Shown here one piece after another: positions 20,530-29,575 of a stretch of DNA of 64,000 bases. Source of the DNA: a virus. Below the pieces are notes generated by a model, which saw nothing but the letters and a program-made list of their open reading frames with translations, made no database searches and was not told where the DNA came from. The translations under genes were made by a program, and so were the position numbers. The stretch spans positions 1 through 64,000 of the IMG/VR virus record IMGVR_UViG_3300030419_004676. The stretch is one strand, 5' to 3'. Every line of letters begins with the position of its first letter. Position 1 is the stretch's first letter.

Positions 20530-21983
20530 TGGCAAAACTTGGTATAGTAGTACCATATAGGGATAGAGAGGAACATTTATCAAGATTTATACCATCAATT
20601 AAAAAACATCTCAAAGATATTAATATTGATGATTATGAAATATTTGTTGTTAATCAAGATAATGATTTACCTTTCAATCGTGGATGGTTGTGTAATATAG
20701 GATTTACCTTAGCTGAAAATTCTAAGTGTGATTATGTGTGCTTTCATGATGTTGATATGTTACCTGAAGATAATTCATGTGATTACTCATGGGTAGATAG
20801 ACCAACACAATTGTCAACACGATTATCTAATAATAAATATAAATTACCATATCCAGAATATTTTGGTGGAGTAACACTTTTTCCTATTCAACATTTTAAA
20901 GTGATTAATGGTTATTCCAATGAATATTGGGGTTGGGGATTTGAAGACGATGATTTGTTATATAGATGTAGAACTGCAGGACTACCATTAGATGAGGATA
21001 TTGTATCCACACAACAATTAACAAACCCATGGGTAAAGTCTATGGATTTTAAACAAGGTGATTATATTGATGTTGATATTTCACCTTTGTGGCAAAAACT
21101 ACTTACACGAGGTTCTTATTCATTTGAAGTATGGTTACAACCATCAGATTTATTAAAGATTGATGATTCAAAATCATATGATGAATTTCATGTGTTTACT
21201 CAACCAGGTTACCATACAGGTCTTTGTTGGACAAGTGCACAACAATATAAATATGGTGTGTGGAATATGAATCACGATGAGTTTATGGTGGTTAGTCATA
21301 AAATGTCAGAACAATGGAATCATATAGTGGTGTGTGTTGATGCACCAACTAAAACATTAACGATGTATATTAATGGAGAAGAAGTTCAAAATTCACCAAC
21401 ATCTTATTTTGGTAATTTAAGAGAGATAAAAACTAAAGGTTTTTATTTAGGGTGTTCAGACCCACATACAAAAAGAGATAATAATTGGTATGAGGGTAAG
21501 ATTGCACAATTTAGTATGTGGAGAAGAACCGTAGATAGAAGAGCGGTTAGACAATTATTCAATGATGGTGTTCCATGGGATGTAACAAAACCAAAAAATG
21601 AATATTCTTTTGTAGAGGATTTATTTTGTTCATATGATTTTGAAAATATACAAAATGAAAAAGTTATAGATAAATCAAAGTATAATCATAATGGTCAGAT
21701 TATAGGTGCAATACGAAAAAAACAAGAACTTATATTGGGTGAGAAAAAATCATTACCAAGAAGAAGAGATGGTAAGTTCATTTGTTTAGAACACGAAGAA
21801 AATGGTTGGTCAAAAACAAAATTTAAAGACTGGCGTTCAAGAAATAATCAGATAAGATATTTTAATTTCGTTAGAACGGGTATAGATGATTATAAAGAAG
21901 ATGGATTATCTACATTAAAATATACAATAAAAAAACAAGAAAGTCAAGAAAAAATAAACTTTGTGAGTATAAGTAATGAGTAA
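20529..21983 (+). CDS. GT7 (beta-1,4-galactosyltransferase-like) with inserted LamG domain
   Basis: VPYRDR, FNRG, FHDVD, YFGGV, YWGWGFEDDD; LamG WNHIV/MYING. Confidence 0.9.
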   Translation: MAKLGIVVPYRDREEHLSRFIPSIKKHLKDINIDDYEIFVVNQDNDLPFNRGWLCNIGFTLAENSKCDYVCFHDVDMLPEDNSCDYSWVDRPTQLSTRLSNNKYKLPYPEYFGGVTLFPIQHFKVINGYSNEYWGWGFEDDDLLYRCRTAGLPLDEDIVSTQQLTNPWVKSMDFKQGDYIDVDISPLWQKLLTRGSYSFEVWLQPSDLLKIDDSKSYDEFHVFTQPGYHTGLCWTSAQQYKYGVWNMNHDEFMVVSHKMSEQWNHIVVCVDAPTKTLTMYINGEEVQNSPTSYFGNLREIKTKGFYLGCSDPHTKRDNNWYEGKIAQFSMWRRTVDRRAVRQLFNDGVPWDVTKPKNEYSFVEDLFCSYDFENIQNEKVIDKSKYNHNGQIIGAIRKKQELILGEKKSLPRRRDGKFICLEHEENGWSKTKFKDWRSRNNQIRYFNFVRTGIDDYKEDGLSTLKYTIKKQESQEKINFVSISNE

Positions 21984-23472
21984 AAAATTAGCAATATGTG
22001 TTCCACATTATAGAAGAAAAGAACATTTGGATGAGTTTATTCCACATATGGAAGATTTTATGAAAAAATATCATTCAGATATAGAATTTAAAATTTTTGT
22101 AGCAAATCAAATAGAACCTGATACCGTATTACGATTCAATCGTGGAACTGCAAAAAATATTGCATTTACAGAGGCAGTAAAACAAGGTTATGATTATTTT
22201 TGTTTTCACGATATAGACATGTTACCAGAAGATGAAACTTGTGATTATAGTTATCCTGAAGATAAACCACAACATATGGCAGTTCATATAAGTCAGTTTG
22301 ATTATATGTTACCATCTATTCAATATTTTGGTGGTGCAATTCTTTTTACTAAAGAACAATTTGAAAATATCAATGGATATTCTAATGATTATTGGAATTG
22401 GGGTATGGAAGATGATGATTTATTGTGGAGATGTCAACAAGAAGATTATGTAATAAATGACAAATTAGAAAAAAGTGATACAACTATTAATTCAATTGAA
22501 TTTGATGGTATCAGTTCTTATGTTGAAATCCCACCATCCGAAACTTTAAGAGATTTAACTACAGGTGATTTTACTTGGAGTATTTTGGTAAATGCATATG
22601 ATAATTTTGATATCCCTATGTATTTAATTGGTGATTTACAGAATAGAAAATATTTACACAATTATATTTTAGGAAGACCTGGTTATCAAATGGGTTTTGC
22701 ATATGATAATTCAAGAGCCTTTTCCTTTTCAATGTATGATTTTAAAAATAATCATAACTATATGTGGTTAAAAAGAAATCCTGACATATGGAGTCATCTA
22801 ATGGTAACACATGACTCTACAAATAATTCATTGAGGTTTTATCTTAATGGTCAAGAAAGTGATGCAAGATTTGGACATGGTGTTGAATCACCATTGATAA
22901 TGAAAGGTAATGCAAAAAGATATGGTGGTGTTCCATATTATTTAGGTGTAAAGAATCCAAATGAAGATAATTACTTTTATGGTAAAGTTGCACAAGTTGG
23001 TATGTGGAATCGTGTCCTTAGTGATGAAGAGATAGAAAGTTTTTATAGTAAAGATATTAGTAATTGTAATGATTTTGATGGATGTGTTTTAAATTATGAT
23101 TTTTCAAATGTAGATGAAAACTATGTATATGATATTAGTGGTAATAATAATCATGGACACAATCACGAGTGTGAAATTACAAATGAAGAATTAGACGATG
23201 TTTCACATACAATAGTTCCTTATCGTAGAAATGGTAGATTTAAATCATTGAAACATCCAATTAATGGTATTGTTAATAATAGATTTGTATTTCAAGAAGA
23301 TACAAGTAGAAATGAAAAAAGATTTTTTACTGAAGTTCAATATGGACTTTGGGATACGAAAAAAGATGGATTAACCGATTTAAAATATGAAGTTGATTCA
23401 GTTGATAAATTAGGGCGTCATGATTTTATTAATTTCAAATGTAAACATGATAATATACCAGAATGGCAGTAA
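21976..23472 (+). CDS. GT7 glycosyltransferase with inserted LamG domain
   Basis: FNRG, FHDID, YFGGA, YWNWGMEDDD; LamG WSHLM/FYLNG. Confidence 0.9.
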   Translation: MSKKLAICVPHYRRKEHLDEFIPHMEDFMKKYHSDIEFKIFVANQIEPDTVLRFNRGTAKNIAFTEAVKQGYDYFCFHDIDMLPEDETCDYSYPEDKPQHMAVHISQFDYMLPSIQYFGGAILFTKEQFENINGYSNDYWNWGMEDDDLLWRCQQEDYVINDKLEKSDTTINSIEFDGISSYVEIPPSETLRDLTTGDFTWSILVNAYDNFDIPMYLIGDLQNRKYLHNYILGRPGYQMGFAYDNSRAFSFSMYDFKNNHNYMWLKRNPDIWSHLMVTHDSTNNSLRFYLNGQESDARFGHGVESPLIMKGNAKRYGGVPYYLGVKNPNEDNYFYGKVAQVGMWNRVLSDEEIESFYSKDISNCNDFDGCVLNYDFSNVDENYVYDISGNNNHGHNHECEITNEELDDVSHTIVPYRRNGRFKSLKHPINGIVNNRFVFQEDTSRNEKRFFTEVQYGLWDTKKDGLTDLKYEVDSVDKLGRHDFINFKCKHDNIPEWQ

Positions 23473-24917
23473 CACAAGCACAGAAAGATATTGACCAACT
23501 AACAAAAACCAAGGGAAAGTTAAGTTCAGTTGGTTGTGGTATGTGTGTTGCAAAATGGATGCAAGTTACTATTCATCTACAAAATGGACATACACATTCT
23601 TGTCATCATCCAAGAACACATAAGATTCCATTAGAAGAGATAAAAGAAAATCCATCTGCATTACATAATACTTGGTATAAAAAACACGCTCGTAAACAAA
23701 TGTTAACTGATGAGAGACCTGATGAATGTGATTATTGTTGGAATGTTGAGGATAATAGTGATATATTTAGTGATAGAATTTTAAAGAGTAATGAACCTTG
23801 GGCAAAACCATTTTTTTCTGAAATTAAAAAAACTATAAATGGTCAAGATTATTTAATTGATTGGAGACAAAATGTAAATCCAAAATATGTAGAAGTGGTA
23901 TTTTCAAATGCATGTAATTTTAAATGTAGTTATTGTGCACCACATATATCTACACAATGGATGGAAGAAATCAAAAGACATGGTGGTTATCCAACTACTA
24001 CAAAATTTAATTCATTGGGTGGACTAAAATCATTAGATTTATTACCCATACCACAAAGAGAACCAAATCCATATGTAGAAGCATTTTGGAAATGGTGGCC
24101 AGAATTATATCAAGGATTACATACATTTAGAATTACAGGTGGAGAACCATTATTATCAAGAGATACATTTAAGGTATTGGATTATATTATAGAAACAGAT
24201 AAACCAAATAAAAACCTTGTGTTATCAGTTAATACTAATATGGGTGCACCAGACGAGTTGATGGATAAGTTTATTAAAAAAGTAAAGATTATTACAGAAA
24301 AAGGATTGGTTAAAGATTTTCAAATATTTACAAGTATTGATGGTTGGGGAAGAAAGGCAGAATATATTAGACATGGTTTAGATTATAGAAAGTTTTGGGA
24401 TAATTGTGAAAGGGCATTAACTGAATTAAAAAAACCATCATTAACATTTATGGTTACTTATAATGCATTATCTGTATTTAATTTTGATATATTTATAGAA
24501 CAACTCTATTTATTAAAAGAGAAATATAATTCGGAAAAAAGATATACACCAAATGCAGTTGTTGCAGATATTTCTTATTTACGACATCCATCGCATCAAA
24601 GTGTTAGAATTTTACCGAAAAGGTTTCAAGAATTGATAAAAAAACAAGTTTTATTAATGAGAAAAATTCATGATAAAGGATTTGAATCTAAACCTGATGA
24701 TGTATTTTCACATATGGAAATGGAAAAGTTACAAAGAATTTATGATTGGTGTCAAGGAAAAATAGATAGTAAAAAATTAAAAAGAGATAGATATGATTTT
24801 TATAAATTTTTCTACAATCATGATAAGAGAAGAAATACAAATATTTTAGGAGTATTTCCTGAACTGAAAGAGTTTTGGGAAGAGTGTTCAAAAATCAAAA
24901 AAGGTGATGTTATATGA
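23463..24917 (+). CDS. Radical SAM protein (twitch-like), paralog of 15627-17927
   Basis: CNFKCSYC, TGGEP, CVAKW/SCHH/CDYCW, shared AFWKWWP. Confidence 0.9.
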   Translation: MAVTQAQKDIDQLTKTKGKLSSVGCGMCVAKWMQVTIHLQNGHTHSCHHPRTHKIPLEEIKENPSALHNTWYKKHARKQMLTDERPDECDYCWNVEDNSDIFSDRILKSNEPWAKPFFSEIKKTINGQDYLIDWRQNVNPKYVEVVFSNACNFKCSYCAPHISTQWMEEIKRHGGYPTTTKFNSLGGLKSLDLLPIPQREPNPYVEAFWKWWPELYQGLHTFRITGGEPLLSRDTFKVLDYIIETDKPNKNLVLSVNTNMGAPDELMDKFIKKVKIITEKGLVKDFQIFTSIDGWGRKAEYIRHGLDYRKFWDNCERALTELKKPSLTFMVTYNALSVFNFDIFIEQLYLLKEKYNSEKRYTPNAVVADISYLRHPSHQSVRILPKRFQELIKKQVLLMRKIHDKGFESKPDDVFSHMEMEKLQRIYDWCQGKIDSKKLKRDRYDFYKFFYNHDKRRNTNILGVFPELKEFWEECSKIKKGDVI

Positions 24918-25018
24918 TAAAAATAATAAAAAAATATTACAATAAAATTAAACGATGGTATCTTTTTAAGAAGAGACTTCGTGAAATAAAAAAAAGAGAC
25001 CCGTTTATTTATAAATGA
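24914..25018 (+). CDS. 34-aa basic peptide MIKIIKKYYNKIKRWYLFKKRLREIKKRDPFIYK (missing from ORF track)
   Basis: Fills the gap exactly with ATGA overlaps at both ends; AAGGTG upstream. Confidence 0.7.
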   Translation: MIKIIKKYYNKIKRWYLFKKRLREIKKRDPFIYK

Positions 25019-26469
25019 AAATATTAGGAATTAACGCACTAAATCATGATGCATGTATCACTTTACTTGATGGTAAAGAAATATTATTTGCTGGTCATGC
25101 AGAAAGATATAGTGGTATAAAAAATGACGAATTGTTAAATCAACAATTAATCTCAGATGCAAAAAGATATGGTAAGTGGGATAAAGTTGTTTGGTTTGAA
25201 AAACCTTGGTTAAAGAAATCAAGACAATTATATGCAGGACAATATAATGAAACATTTCAGTTTCAAAATATTCCATCACAATATGTTAAACAATTTGGTA
25301 TAGATAAAATTGACCATTATGTAGGTCACCACGAATCACATGCAGCCGCCAGTTATTATTCAAGTCCATATGATGAGGCTTGTATTGTTTGTATTGATGC
25401 GATTGGTGAGTGGGATACAATGAGTATTTGGTATGCTTGGGGAAGTCACTTGGAAAAGAGATGGTCTATGTCTTATCCAAACTCACTTGGTCTTTGGTAT
25501 AGTGCCATGACACAACGACTTGGACTAAAACCACAAGAGGATGAATATATCTTAATGGGTATGGCAGCTTGGGGAAACGAAAACAAAGAACTACAAAGAG
25601 AATTACGAGAATTATTAAAAGTAAATTTACATCGTGGTTGTTTAAGTTGGGATAGTAAAGTATATCCCGATGATGATAGTGAACAATGGAAGTTTGATGT
25701 TGCACACAATGTTCAAATAATATGTGAAGAGGAAATATTAAAGATATTTGAAAAGGCAAAAGAGTTAGTCCCTGAAACAGATAACTATTGTTATGGTGGT
25801 GGTGTTGCATTAAATTGTGTTGCAAATAGTTTGATAGTAGAAAAGTATCCTAACTTATGGATACTACCAAATCCTGGTGATGGTGGTAGTTCATTAGGGT
25901 GTGCATCTTCAATTTTGGGTGAACATATAAATTTTAATAATTGTTTTTTAGGATATGATATTAAGGGTGAGTATCCTATTACTCAAGTGAGTAACGAACT
26001 ACTCAAGGGTAATATAGTTGGTGTTGCAAATGGTAGAGCAGAGTTTGGGCCAAGAGCATTGGGTAATCGTAGTTTATTGGGAGACCCACGAGGGAAAAAT
26101 ATAAAAGACCAAATGAACGAGATTAAAAACAGACAGAAGTTCAGACCATTCGCACCAAGTGTATTAGAGGAACATGCACACGAGATATTTGAAATGCCTA
26201 CAAAGAAATCTCAGTTTATGCAGTATGTTGCAAAGTGTAAGTATCCTGATAAGTATCCTGCAATATGTCATGTGGATGGGACATCAAGAGTTCAAACCGT
26301 AAGTAAAGATGATAACATTGGTTACTATAATTTAATAAAAGAGTTTTACAAAAAAACAGGTTGTCCTATGGTGTTGAATACATCATTGAATATCAAAGGT
26401 CAACCTATTGTTAATTCACATTTAGGTTCAGTTGCCTTTGAAAAAAAATATAAAGTAAAGGTTTTTTAA
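25015..26469 (+). CDS. O-carbamoyltransferase (NodU/CmcH family)
   Basis: HDAC, ERYS, HHESHAA, DAIGE, GGVALNC, EFGPRALGNRSL, RPFAP, NTSLN. Confidence 0.95.
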   Translation: MKILGINALNHDACITLLDGKEILFAGHAERYSGIKNDELLNQQLISDAKRYGKWDKVVWFEKPWLKKSRQLYAGQYNETFQFQNIPSQYVKQFGIDKIDHYVGHHESHAAASYYSSPYDEACIVCIDAIGEWDTMSIWYAWGSHLEKRWSMSYPNSLGLWYSAMTQRLGLKPQEDEYILMGMAAWGNENKELQRELRELLKVNLHRGCLSWDSKVYPDDDSEQWKFDVAHNVQIICEEEILKIFEKAKELVPETDNYCYGGGVALNCVANSLIVEKYPNLWILPNPGDGGSSLGCASSILGEHINFNNCFLGYDIKGEYPITQVSNELLKGNIVGVANGRAEFGPRALGNRSLLGDPRGKNIKDQMNEIKNRQKFRPFAPSVLEEHAHEIFEMPTKKSQFMQYVAKCKYPDKYPAICHVDGTSRVQTVSKDDNIGYYNLIKEFYKKTGCPMVLNTSLNIKGQPIVNSHLGSVAFEKKYKVKVF

Positions 26470-27263
26470 TGATATATTTTACAATTAAAATTGATGTCGC
26501 TCCTGATAAACATGATAATCATCAAGAAGTAGGTTCTCATATAAATTCCATAATAATGGTTTCTAATAAGGCGGGGTCTACTTTTGTTAGTGAGTGTGTA
26601 AAATGGTGTTATCATGACCAACACTTTATGTTAGATTCTCGGTCAGCGGTGAATGCATGGTTGTTCAGTTCAATGAAAAGGGAAGTTTATGATAATGCTA
26701 CTAAATTATTTGTAAAAAGAAATCCATATGAAAGGTTTTTATCGGTTTGGACATTTGGACACAAAAATGACCCATCTTCTGGTACTAACTATAATGACCC
26801 TGGTAAGAGAATGTGGGAAACTCACAAAGAATATAACAAATATAAACCAAGTGAATTGAAACCCAACATGAATCTATTATCTATGACAAAAAAGGATTGG
26901 CAAAAAAGTTTTGAAGAGTTTTGTGTCTCATGGGATAAGGGTGAAATTTATGATGCACATGCACATTTAATGTCAAAAGATTTACATTTATTTCCAGAAG
27001 ACACTTTTGAATTTGTAGAAATTTCTGAATTATATAATTCAAAAATATATAACAAATTATTTATGGAAGATGCACATAGGCCAGTAGACGAGTATATTAG
27101 TCACCCAGGTGATGATGGTATTACTGATATCACTCGTAATATAAATCCATCAAACAGATATTTATCAAATTGGAAAGATTATTATAATGATAATACAAAA
27201 GAATTAGTATATAAATTTATGAAACAAGACTTTGAAAACTTAAATTATAGTGAAGATTTTTAA
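26469..27263 (+). CDS. Sulfotransferase (Sulfotransfer_2-like)
   Basis: 5'-PSB NKAGST, 3'-PB RNPYERFLS, C-terminal DFENLNY. Confidence 0.75.
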   Translation: MIYFTIKIDVAPDKHDNHQEVGSHINSIIMVSNKAGSTFVSECVKWCYHDQHFMLDSRSAVNAWLFSSMKREVYDNATKLFVKRNPYERFLSVWTFGHKNDPSSGTNYNDPGKRMWETHKEYNKYKPSELKPNMNLLSMTKKDWQKSFEEFCVSWDKGEIYDAHAHLMSKDLHLFPEDTFEFVEISELYNSKIYNKLFMEDAHRPVDEYISHPGDDGITDITRNINPSNRYLSNWKDYYNDNTKELVYKFMKQDFENLNYSEDF

Positions 27264-27272
27264 ACCTTTTTT

Positions 27273-27281
27273 ATATTTATA
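27273..27281 (+). promoter_or_regulatory. Putative late promoter motif ATATTTATA
   Basis: Recurrent motif immediately upstream of the structured leader. Confidence 0.6.
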
Positions 27282-27285
27282 TATA

Positions 27286-27406
27286 AGTCAGGTAGTGCTA
27301 ACACTCTTCGGAGAAAGTCCTAACCCACTACTTTAGACTATAAAACAAGGGTGGCATTTAAATAGTTTTACTATTATAGATGCCTCTAATTATTGGAGGC
27401 TTTTTT
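27286..27406 (+). ncRNA. Structured 5' leader RNA (attenuator/riboswitch-like, family not recognised)
   Basis: Stems AGTC/GACT, GTAGTG/CACTAC, CTC-TTCG-GAG; 14-bp hairpin 27353-27384 overlapping a terminator-like hairpin. Confidence 0.55.
27382..27406 (+). terminator. Intrinsic terminator-like hairpin that also sequesters the GGAGG SD
   Basis: GCCTCTAA-TTA-TTGGAGGC then TTTTTT, directly followed by ATG 27407. Confidence 0.6.
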
Positions 27407-28372
27407 ATGCGAATATTAATTACAGGTGGAGCTGGATATTTAGGTTCAGTAATCACAAGACAATTATTGTTACATCATACGGTAACCGTAATAGACAATT
27501 TGATGTATAATCAAACATCATTATTAGATTTATTTGGTAAACCAGGTTTTAAGTTTATCTATGGGGATGTTCGTGATACAAATTTATTACTTAAACAAGT
27601 AAAAGAACATGATGTAATAATTCCACTTGCAGCCATTGTCGGATTTCCAAGTTGTGAAAAAGATAAACAACTTGCAACTGATATCAATTTTAATCAAATC
27701 AAAAATATTGTAGATAATTTATCAAAACATCAACGAATACTATATCCAAATACCAATAGTGGTTATGGTAGTAGAACTAATAAAGGTGAAGTAGATGAAA
27801 CAAATTCACTAACACCAATCAGTCATTATGGTATTACAAAGTGTGATTCAGAAAATTATATAAAAGATAATAGTAATGGAATAACATTTAGATTAGCTAC
27901 CGTGTTTGGTGTATCAAGTCGTATGAGATTAGATTTATTAGTTAATGAATTTGTATATAAATTATTAACAGATAAATATATTACTATTTTTGAAAAAGAG
28001 TTTGTTCGTAATTTTATTCACATTCAAGATGTTGCATCGGTATTTAATTATATGTGTATAAAATATGATGAGTATCATAATCAAATATTTAATGTGGGAT
28101 TATCAGACACTAATATAAATAAAAAACAATTAGTAGAAAGAATACAAAAATATATCCCTGATACATCAGTAACTTATTCAGATTATTTTGTAGACCCTGA
28201 TAAAAGAGATTATATTGTAAGTAATAAAAAAATAGAGTCAACAGGTTGGTCACCTAACTTTAGTTTAGATGATGGTATACAAGAATTAATAAAGGCATAT
28301 CAAATGATTGTTCCACATGAAAGTTCACATTATAGAAATGCATTCCCACTAAGTTATGGTGCATCATTATGA
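27407..28372 (+). CDS. NAD-dependent nucleotide-sugar epimerase/dehydratase
   Basis: TGGAGYLG, YGITK (YxxxK), RLATVFG. Confidence 0.9.
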   Translation: MRILITGGAGYLGSVITRQLLLHHTVTVIDNLMYNQTSLLDLFGKPGFKFIYGDVRDTNLLLKQVKEHDVIIPLAAIVGFPSCEKDKQLATDINFNQIKNIVDNLSKHQRILYPNTNSGYGSRTNKGEVDETNSLTPISHYGITKCDSENYIKDNSNGITFRLATVFGVSSRMRLDLLVNEFVYKLLTDKYITIFEKEFVRNFIHIQDVASVFNYMCIKYDEYHNQIFNVGLSDTNINKKQLVERIQKYIPDTSVTYSDYFVDPDKRDYIVSNKKIESTGWSPNFSLDDGIQELIKAYQMIVPHESSHYRNAFPLSYGASL

Positions 28373-28875
28373 CATTTCCATACGATAGAATTGAATCAGA
28401 TATTTTACCAGAAGTAATAATGTTTAAACCAACACCACATATGGACTATCGTGGTGAAATGTGGACATATTGGGAAAATACATATGAAACACCAAAAGAA
28501 AAAATATCTAAATTTACTCGTTCAAGAAAAAATGTATTAAGAGGTTTACATGGGGACAGAGAAACTTGGAAACACATTACTTGTGTTTATGGTGAAATAT
28601 ATTTAGTGGTTGTAGATTATAGAGAAGATAGTGTAAATTATCTAACTTGGGAGAGTTATTTGATATCAGATAGAAATCATTTAAGTGTATTAGTTCCACC
28701 AGGTTTTCTAAATGGACATTTATGTTTATCAGACGAGTGTGTATTTCACTATACACAATCTTATCCAAACGAGTATGTAGATACCAATGAACAAATTAGT
28801 CTTAAATGGAATGACCCAATGTTAAAAATTCAATGGCCAATAAATAATCCAATATTATATGGGAGAGATAAATGA
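28369..28875 (+). CDS. rmlC: dTDP-4-dehydrorhamnose 3,5-epimerase-like cupin
   Basis: DYRG, VLRGLH, VVVD.R, VPPGFLNGH, WNDP...WP. Confidence 0.85.
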   Translation: MTFPYDRIESDILPEVIMFKPTPHMDYRGEMWTYWENTYETPKEKISKFTRSRKNVLRGLHGDRETWKHITCVYGEIYLVVVDYREDSVNYLTWESYLISDRNHLSVLVPPGFLNGHLCLSDECVFHYTQSYPNEYVDTNEQISLKWNDPMLKIQWPINNPILYGRDK

Positions 28876-29567
28876 GTGTAAAAATACCAAAACATATTTT
28901 AGATGGTGGAGTTATTAGAGAAATAACTTTAACTAAACAAGATTTAATTGATTTTGAAAAAGAAGTTGCAGATTCGTATAATGATGGTGAAATAACAGCA
29001 CCTGTTCATCTTGCATCAAATAATGAAGAACAATTAATAGAGGTTTTTCAGTATGTAAGTGAAATGGATTGGGTATTTTGTAGTTGGAGAAATCATTATC
29101 ATGCACTATTACATGGTATAGATAAAGATAATCTAATGAGACAGATTAAGAATGGTAAGAGTATGAGTGTTAATCATTTTTATTCTGAAGATATGAGTTC
29201 ACATCCAATTACAAGACAATGGAAATTTTATTCTTCATCTATTGTTGGTGGAACTTTACCAATTGCATTAGGAGTTGCATTATCTATAAAAAGAGACAAT
29301 AAAGAACATCGTGAAAATAAATTACCTAAAGTTTGGTGTTTTGTTGGAGATATGACTTTTGAAAGTGGTATCTTTCATGAAGTATATAAATATGCTCGTA
29401 ATAATGATTTACCATTGGAGTTTGTAGTTGAGGATAATAATCTCTCTACAAATACACCTACTGATGAAACTTGGGGAAAGAAACAAGATGTTCCTGATGA
29501 TGTGATTTATTATAAATATAAAAGTGATTACCCACACCACGGAACTGGCACTTGGGTTATGTTTTAG
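28872..29567 (+). CDS. TPP-dependent dehydrogenase E1 alpha-like subunit (short)
   Basis: PVHL, SWRNHYH, SSIVGG, GDMTFESG...EDN TPP motif. Confidence 0.85.
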   Translation: MSVKIPKHILDGGVIREITLTKQDLIDFEKEVADSYNDGEITAPVHLASNNEEQLIEVFQYVSEMDWVFCSWRNHYHALLHGIDKDNLMRQIKNGKSMSVNHFYSEDMSSHPITRQWKFYSSSIVGGTLPIALGVALSIKRDNKEHRENKLPKVWCFVGDMTFESGIFHEVYKYARNNDLPLEFVVEDNNLSTNTPTDETWGKKQDVPDDVIYYKYKSDYPHHGTGTWVMF

Positions 29568-29575
29568 GAGAAATT

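Noticed and set aside
27287-27299. ops/JUMPStart element (GTCAGGTAGTGCT)
   Set aside because: Only a partial match to GGCGGTAG and part of a predicted stem; insufficient support
28872-29567. Pyruvate dehydrogenase as a central-metabolism auxiliary gene
   Set aside because: Subunits are truncated, E2/E3 are absent, and the context is nucleotide-sugar synthesis
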